This document shows, piece after piece, positions 28,281-32,821 of a DNA stretch of 32,821 nucleotides. Each line of letters begins with the position of its first letter. Within the stretch, counting starts at the first letter, position 1. Position numbers and translations under genes: made by a program. The notes beneath the pieces are model-generated. The model saw only the letters and a list, made by a program, of their open reading frames with translations, searched no databases and was not told where the DNA came from. The stretch lies in assembly GCA_031415915.1 (NCBI GenBank), contig JANOSQ010000447.1, positions 1 to 32,821 of the forward strand, read 5' to 3'. Source of the stretch: Fimbriiglobus sp. Lineage in GTDB: Bacteria; Planctomycetota; Planctomycetia; Gemmatales; Gemmataceae.

Positions 28281-28729
28281 GCGTCGTCGGAGCCTTCCGT
28301 CGGGTCGTCCGACTTGAGCAAGAGCGAGATCAACACGGCGTCTTTGCGAACCCGGCAGCCGAGGCTCTTCCAGAACCGCATCCCGCCGGCGTTGTCCAGT
28401 TTCAGTTGCACGTGAACCCGCGTGATCCCCTCGGCGTAGAGGGCCGCCAAGCAAGCCTCGACCATCCGGTGGGCGACCCCGCGCCGTCGCCGGGCGGCCG
28501 CGACGCCGACATGGTGGAGGAAGCCGCGGCGGCCGTCGTGACCGCACACCGCGATCCCGATCAGCGCGTCGCCGTCGCAGGCCACTTGGCTGATGCCGGG
28601 GTTGCGCTCGAGGAATCGGGCCAGCCCCCGCCCGGTTTCCACTTCGCGCTTGCAGAGCGGGCTGGTCCCTTGCCACAGGAGCAGGGCGGCCGGTATGTCA
28701 TCCGGGTCGAGCGGGCGGATCGCCGCCAT
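28277..28729 (-). CDS. GNAT family N-acetyltransferase
   Basis: 150 aa starting at MAAIRPLDPDD. The acetyl-CoA motif is FLHHVGVAAARRRRGVAHRMVEACL (Q/RxxGxG/A-like). Its stop overlaps the truB start (ATGA). Confidence 0.82.
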   Translation of the reverse strand: MAAIRPLDPDDIPAALLLWQGTSPLCKREVETGRGLARFLERNPGISQVACDGDALIGIAVCGHDGRRGFLHHVGVAAARRRRGVAHRMVEACLAALYAEGITRVHVQLKLDNAGGMRFWKSLGCRVRKDAVLISLLLKSDDPTEGSDDA

Positions 28730-28759
28730 ATTCGAACCTCGCTTGGGATCGGAGCCAGC

Positions 28760-29677
28760 GTGAGCGAGCGCCAGTGCGTAATCTACAATCCCGCCGCCGG
28801 GCGCGGCCGCGCGAAAGGGAAAATCGACGAAACGAGGCGCTGGGCCGCTCCGGATGCCGAGTTGATGCCGACCGAAGGGCCGGGTCATGCGATTGAACTC
28901 GCCCGCTCCGCGGCGCTGGCGGGATTCACGACCGTGATCGCCGCCGGAGGTGATGGGACGGTTCACGAAGTGGCCAACGGGTTGATTCAATCGGATCGAC
29001 CCGACGTCGTCTTCGGGGTCTGGCCACTCGGGTCGAGCAACGACTACGCGTTCGCGCTCGACTTGGGCGATTGGTTCCGGGCCAAAGGTGTCGGCTTCAA
29101 ACTCGAGACTTTCTTGGCCGATGTCGGGCGATTGCGAATCCGAGATCACGAGCGTTATTTCGTGAATTGCGCCGGCTTCGGCTTCAACGGGATGGTCGCC
29201 CAAGAAGCCCGCGGAATCCGGTGGTTGAAAGGGACACCCCTGTATTCTTGGGCGTTCGTGCGGGCCATGCTCCGGCACTACCGAACCCCGGTGCGGACGA
29301 CCACCTTCGACGATGCGACGGTCACCGGGCCGACACTTTCGATCAGCATCAATTTGGGAATCCGCGAAGGGGGCTTCCCGATTGCACCGAACGCTCGACT
29401 GGACGACGGCTTTTTCGACACGCTGCACGTCTCCGATATGAAACGCTGGCAGATGGCCCGCTACCTTCCGGGCTTCATGCGGGGCCGGGTGCCGACTCAC
29501 CTACCGTACTTGAGCCAACGGCTCTGCCGGCGGATCGCGAGCGATGGCTCGGATCCGATCTGCATTCACGCCGATGGTGAGATCGTCGCGGCCCCGACGG
29601 ACGGTGGGCGGGCGCTCGAAGTGGAGTTGTTGCCGAAACGGTTGCGAGTTCGGCGAGCGAAACCCGCAACGCGTTAG
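28760..29677 (+). CDS. diacylglycerol/lipid kinase family protein (YegS/LCB5-like)
   Basis: GTG at 28760 with GGAG 5 nt upstream. CVIYNPAAGRGRA, VIAAGGDGTVHEVANGL (GGDGT) and PLGSSNDYA are family motifs. The upstream part of the ORF overlaps the GNAT gene on the opposite strand. Confidence 0.82.
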   Translation: MSERQCVIYNPAAGRGRAKGKIDETRRWAAPDAELMPTEGPGHAIELARSAALAGFTTVIAAGGDGTVHEVANGLIQSDRPDVVFGVWPLGSSNDYAFALDLGDWFRAKGVGFKLETFLADVGRLRIRDHERYFVNCAGFGFNGMVAQEARGIRWLKGTPLYSWAFVRAMLRHYRTPVRTTTFDDATVTGPTLSISINLGIREGGFPIAPNARLDDGFFDTLHVSDMKRWQMARYLPGFMRGRVPTHLPYLSQRLCRRIASDGSDPICIHADGEIVAAPTDGGRALEVELLPKRLRVRRAKPATR

Positions 29678-29985
29678 TGGTGGGCGATTTCCACGCGGCA
29701 CCAACCGAGTTCCAAGCACGTCGTGTTCGATGCGTCGTTGCGGAAGTAGCTCGGATTTAGCGAGTAGATGACGAAGCGGCCGTCTTTTCGGGTCACCACC
29801 AAGCCGGTATCCCTCAGCACGCCCAGGTGGTGGGAGACGTTGACGACCTCTTCTTCCATCAGCCGGGAGATTTCGGTGACGTGCCGGGAGCCGCCGCGGA
29901 GGATATCGATAATTTGAATGCGGGTCGGCTCTCCCAACCCTTGCAGCATGGCGGAACAGACCTCGGCCACTTTGAGATCGATCAT
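29674..29985 (-). CDS. ArsR/SmtB family transcriptional regulator
   Basis: LGEPTRIQIIDILRGGSRHVTEISRLMEEEVVNVSHHLGVLRDTGLVVTRKDGRFVIYSL is a winged-HTH of ArsR type. The C-terminal CLELGWCRVEIAHH is rich in Cys and His. Confidence 0.88.
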   Translation of the reverse strand: MIDLKVAEVCSAMLQGLGEPTRIQIIDILRGGSRHVTEISRLMEEEVVNVSHHLGVLRDTGLVVTRKDGRFVIYSLNPSYFRNDASNTTCLELGWCRVEIAHH

Positions 29986-30018
29986 CGATCAAGCACCTCG
30001 ATAAATTGGGATGCTCGT

Positions 30019-30047
30019 TTGATACTCCATACAAGTCTCGTGGTCAA
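30019..30047 (-). promoter_or_regulatory. possible sigma70-type promoter for the ArsR-family gene, TTGACC-N17-TATCAA
   Basis: On the minus strand, TTGACC (30047-30042), a 17-nt spacer, then TATCAA (30024-30019). GAGGT lies 9 nt upstream of the ATG at 29985. Confidence 0.4.
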
Positions 30048-30066
30048 CTCCGCAACAACAATTCGG

Positions 30067-30996
30067 TCACGTTCGTTTTCTCTTGTAAATTTCGCTGGCC
30101 TGCCGGAGGATTTCGTGTTCGTCCGCGCTCAAGCTCTCCCGGCCGAATTGGGCCACTTTGCCGAGGACTTGGTCGAGTTTGGCTTCGAGTTGCTCGTCGA
30201 TGACTTTGGTGGACCGGGGAAGAACCTGGGCCGCGGGGCGATGGGCTTCCGGCTCCTGGAGCCTGGTCTCGTCCTCGGAATCATCGGGTGGACTTTGGTA
30301 TAGACGAACCGGTGAACGCCTCCGCTGCGTCGGTCGGCGGCTACCCGCCCAGTGCAGAATGGCGGGTGCCAATTTGAAGAAGCAGAAGCCGAATACGGCC
30401 CCGGCGATCACGCCGACCGCGTGGATTTTCGTTTTGTCACTCAGCATCGCCAGCACGGTCAAGCCGAGCAAGATCCCCACCAAGAGCGCCACGGGCATCG
30501 GCAAGAAAAAGAAGACGAGGACCGTCCGCCGGGGATTCGAACAGGCGAACAAAACCATCGCGGCGAACAAGGCTCCACCGATACCGACGGAAGTTTTGTC
30601 CGTGTCGATGCCGGCGAAGCCGACCGCGAGTTTGGCCAACGAAGCCACCCAAGCCGCGAGGACGTAGAAGGCCACAAACACTTTGCTTCCGTAGTTCCGC
30701 TCGAGTTCCCGGCCGGCCCAGTAGAGCAGGAACATCGAGACGATCACCCCGAAGAGATCGGGGGACGGGATTAGCCCGGCGGTGAAGACCCGCCAGATTT
30801 CCCCGCCCGCGATTTTGCCGAAATGGAATTCGCCCCACTCCAGCAATTCGGAAGTTCGCCCCGGCCGGGTCGTGAGCGCCTGCACGAAAAAGAGACCGAT
30901 CGTCGCCGCCATCACGAATATGGTGCCGCGCGACGCTTGTGCGGCGCCCCAGCGCGGGGCGTCTTCCCGGTAATAATCGCGGTCGTAGATGCCCAT
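30067..30996 (-). CDS. rhomboid-family membrane protein, apparently lacking the catalytic Ser
   Basis: The start is placed at MGIYDRDYYR, a common bacterial rhomboid N-terminus. GEIWRVFTAG...YWAGRELERNYGSK matches the WR..T...G..lE..G block, and HAVGVIAG is the TM6 H..G...G motif. The position of GxSG reads GIGGA. The upstream 380 codons of the ORF are antisense to the DHH gene. Confidence 0.8.
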   Translation of the reverse strand: MGIYDRDYYREDAPRWGAAQASRGTIFVMAATIGLFFVQALTTRPGRTSELLEWGEFHFGKIAGGEIWRVFTAGLIPSPDLFGVIVSMFLLYWAGRELERNYGSKVFVAFYVLAAWVASLAKLAVGFAGIDTDKTSVGIGGALFAAMVLFACSNPRRTVLVFFFLPMPVALLVGILLGLTVLAMLSDKTKIHAVGVIAGAVFGFCFFKLAPAILHWAGSRRPTQRRRSPVRLYQSPPDDSEDETRLQEPEAHRPAAQVLPRSTKVIDEQLEAKLDQVLGKVAQFGRESLSADEHEILRQASEIYKRKRT

Positions 30997-31116
30997 CCGG
31001 ATGCCTCTCCCCTCTGCGCTCGTTCGGGTCTTCCTCAGTGTATCAGAGCGGAAAGGCGGGGGTACGATCCCGGGGGCATCGGACGGAATCGCGGGGGCGA
31101 TTTCTGCCGGGCGACG

Positions 31117-31145
31117 TTGGTTCCCGGGTTCGATCCGTGTAAAAT
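31117..31145 (+). promoter_or_regulatory. possible sigma70-type promoter for the DHH gene, TTGGTT-N17-TAAAAT
   Basis: The hexamers are spaced by 17 nt, about 68 nt upstream of the ATG at 31213, inside the 216-nt divergent intergenic region. Confidence 0.3.
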
Positions 31146-31212
31146 GAATTGCTCCGATTGAGGCGATCCCGATCCGTGCGTCGGTTCTCGCCCTCCTCTG
31201 TTTGGTGAATCC

Positions 31213-32289
31213 ATGGCGCGAACCGGCGCCCAGACGACGTTGACCCCCCCCGCGACCGCGGGCAAGATCCGAAAATCCGATCGCTTCCTCGATGTCTTGG
31301 CGGCCTCCGAGAGGGTCGTCTTCCTCTCCCACGTCCAGCCCGACCCCGACAGCCTCGGGAGTATGCTCGGCTTGGCCCACCTCGTTCGGCACCGCTCCGG
31401 CAAGCCCTGCGTGTTGACCCAAGACGGCTTGGTGAGCCGGTGCGAAAATCGGGCTTTGGTCGATTTGATCCCCATCGAACTGGTGCCGTTGGAGCGTTTG
31501 CAGAAACGGCCCGGCGATGCGTTCGTGATGGTCGATAGTCAACCCGGCACCGGCCGGCACACGACCGACCATGGCCGAGCGATGGCCGCGGTCATCGACC
31601 ACCATGTGACGCCGGGGAATCTGGACGGCGTCGGCTACGCCGATATCCGGCCCGATTTCGGCGCGACTTGCACCATCGTGACCCGCTATCTCACCGAGCA
31701 AGCGGCCCCGATCCCCGCCCCGCTGGCCACCGCGCTCTACTACGGCATCGAAACGGAACTCTCCGGGTACCCCCGCGAGGCTACCCCGGCCGACGACGAA
31801 GCGCTCAACCTCCTCTTCCCCTTGTCGAACAAGGATCTCCTCGCTCAGATCCGCAACGCGCAACTGCCCCAGAGCCATTTCGAATGCTTGGGGCTCGCCC
31901 TGCAAAACGCGGTCGTCTGCGACCGATTCTTGTTCACGTGGATCGACCCGCTCCGCCAGCCCGAGCAGGCGGCCGAGATCGTCGATTCCTTGGTCCGCTA
32001 CGAAGGGGCCGAGTGGGCCGCGTGCGCCGGGGTCTACGGGGAGAAAGTGATCCTCTCGGTTCGCTCCGCGAAAGCGAATGCCCGCGCCGGCGAGTTGCTG
32101 AGGCAAGTCGTGGTGGGCCTCGGGAATGCCGGCGGTCACGAACGCCGGGCCGGCGGCTGCGTCGCCGTCACCGACCGCAGCCCGGCCGGTTTGAACGCGC
32201 TCCGCGCGGAGTTATTCCGCCGCTTCCAACAAGTGTTCGGGTTGCGAGAAACCGAGATCCGCAAGTTGGCGCCCGCCGTCACGGCTTGA
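31213..32289 (+). CDS. DHH/DHHA1 family phosphoesterase (NrnA-like)
   Basis: HVQPDPDSLGS (motif I/II), VMVDSQ, VIDHHV (DHH) and the C-terminal GGHERRAGG (DHHA1 GGGH motif). Confidence 0.85.
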   Translation: MARTGAQTTLTPPATAGKIRKSDRFLDVLAASERVVFLSHVQPDPDSLGSMLGLAHLVRHRSGKPCVLTQDGLVSRCENRALVDLIPIELVPLERLQKRPGDAFVMVDSQPGTGRHTTDHGRAMAAVIDHHVTPGNLDGVGYADIRPDFGATCTIVTRYLTEQAAPIPAPLATALYYGIETELSGYPREATPADDEALNLLFPLSNKDLLAQIRNAQLPQSHFECLGLALQNAVVCDRFLFTWIDPLRQPEQAAEIVDSLVRYEGAEWAACAGVYGEKVILSVRSAKANARAGELLRQVVVGLGNAGGHERRAGGCVAVTDRSPAGLNALRAELFRRFQQVFGLRETEIRKLAPAVTA

Positions 32290-32821
32290 CCAATCGAACG
32301 ACCGATCCGCCGTGCGTCTCCGCGATCGTTCGAATCGCGGATTCGTCCGCGCCCTCCGCCAGCACGACGGTCACGTGGCTCAGCACCGACAATTTTGCCT
32401 GGTACCGGCCGTGGTAAGGCTCCGCAGTTTTCGCCCCCGCGCGCTTCAACTCGGCCAAGATCGCATCCGGTGACACCGCGGTGACAGCGAACGGCGGATG
32501 CCAGACGATCCATTCGGCCGGGCCGGTTTCCGCGATCCGATAGACCTCGCGGTGGTACGAGTACTCATCGCCGCTTTTCGACACGCGGATCAACGCCACC
32601 GGGCCACTCGGCGGGAACGGGGTTTCGACCGGTTGCCAATCGCCGGGGTAATGGAGGTCGAGCGATTTCATCACGCCGCGTTCGAGGATCACCCGGCCGG
32701 GGATGCCATCGGGGGGCGCTTCGGAGAAAGTCCGGGTGAAGGCCGCGAAATTCGGATCGGGGTTCGCCGGCGGTTCGATCCGTTCCAGTGCGGCGACCGC
32801 GGCGGTGACGAGCACCAGCGC
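32279..32821 (-). CDS. hypothetical protein, 5' end outside the window
   Basis: The frame is open to the window edge (..ALVLVTAAVAAL looks like the end of a signal or TM segment). GC3 is high and no motif is recognised. The 3' end overlaps the DHH gene by 11 nt. Confidence 0.55.
   Translation of the reverse strand, partial: ALVLVTAAVAALERIEPPANPDPNFAAFTRTFSEAPPDGIPGRVILERGVMKSLDLHYPGDWQPVETPFPPSGPVALIRVSKSGDEYSYHREVYRIAETGPAEWIVWHPPFAVTAVSPDAILAELKRAGAKTAEPYHGRYQAKLSVLSHVTVVLAEGADESAIRTIAETHGGSVVRLVKP

Noticed and set aside
28281-28676. 132-codon N-terminal extension of the truB ORF, with similar extensions of the GNAT (28730-29500), rhomboid (30997-32139), BNR (20698-20895) and DegT (5300-5428) ORFs
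   Set aside because: The extensions overlap neighbouring supported genes, are Arg/Pro-rich, and precede internal starts that reproduce the canonical N-termini of each family.
31126-31136. gggttcgatcc, resembling a tRNA T-arm/T-loop
   Set aside because: The flanks cannot form a T-stem (ccggg versus cgtgt). No acceptor, D or anticodon arms can be drawn on either strand. I found no tRNA elsewhere in the window.
1-32821. Search for CRISPR arrays, tandem repeats, IS or transposase, integrase, phage or toxin-antitoxin genes
   Set aside because: I could see no regularly spaced direct repeats and no ORF with transposase, integrase or recombinase motifs. The only internal periodicity is the 28-residue LRR unit inside 6602-7810. 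The window looks like core chromosome rather than an accessory island.

Overview
This is a GC-rich window (roughly two-thirds G+C by eye), gene-dense, and it reads as core chromosome of a Planctomycetota genome, most likely Gemmataceae-like. The lineage call rests on four families: a TIGR02996 N-terminus fused to RNI-type LRRs, a TIGR03067 domain protein, a giant PSCyt/DUF1549/DUF1553 (PSD1) protein paired with DUF1501, and TAT-signal Gfo/Idh/MocA enzymes. I can support 28 protein-coding genes, two of them truncated by the window edges. Housekeeping genes include mutS2, pyrH-frr, truB, an Ada/Ogt fragment, UbiD, a DegT aminotransferase and an NrnA-like DHH phosphoesterase. There is also a 1240-aa hybrid sensor kinase and several lineage-typical exported proteins. 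I found no rRNA, tRNA, CRISPR array, transposase, integrase or recognisable defence genes. Most long ORFs in the six-frame track are antisense or out-of-frame shadows of real genes, as expected at this GC content. I do not see a compelling new defence or mobile system. The best candidate for an undescribed system is the co-directional minus-strand array PSD1(+LamG)-DUF1501-periplasmic Gfo/Idh/MocA-BNR propeller-SDR (18936-27543). Smaller curiosities are listed below.
- A perfect 33-bp inverted repeat in an intergenic gap.
- A LOV-lineage PAS domain without the photoactive Cys.
- A rhomboid homologue without the catalytic Ser.
- A MutS2 without an Smr domain.
- An orphan CbiM.
- A near-consensus sigma70 promoter in an AT-rich islet.
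- Every convergent gene junction overlaps or abuts.
All family assignments come from motif recognition by eye, not from searches.
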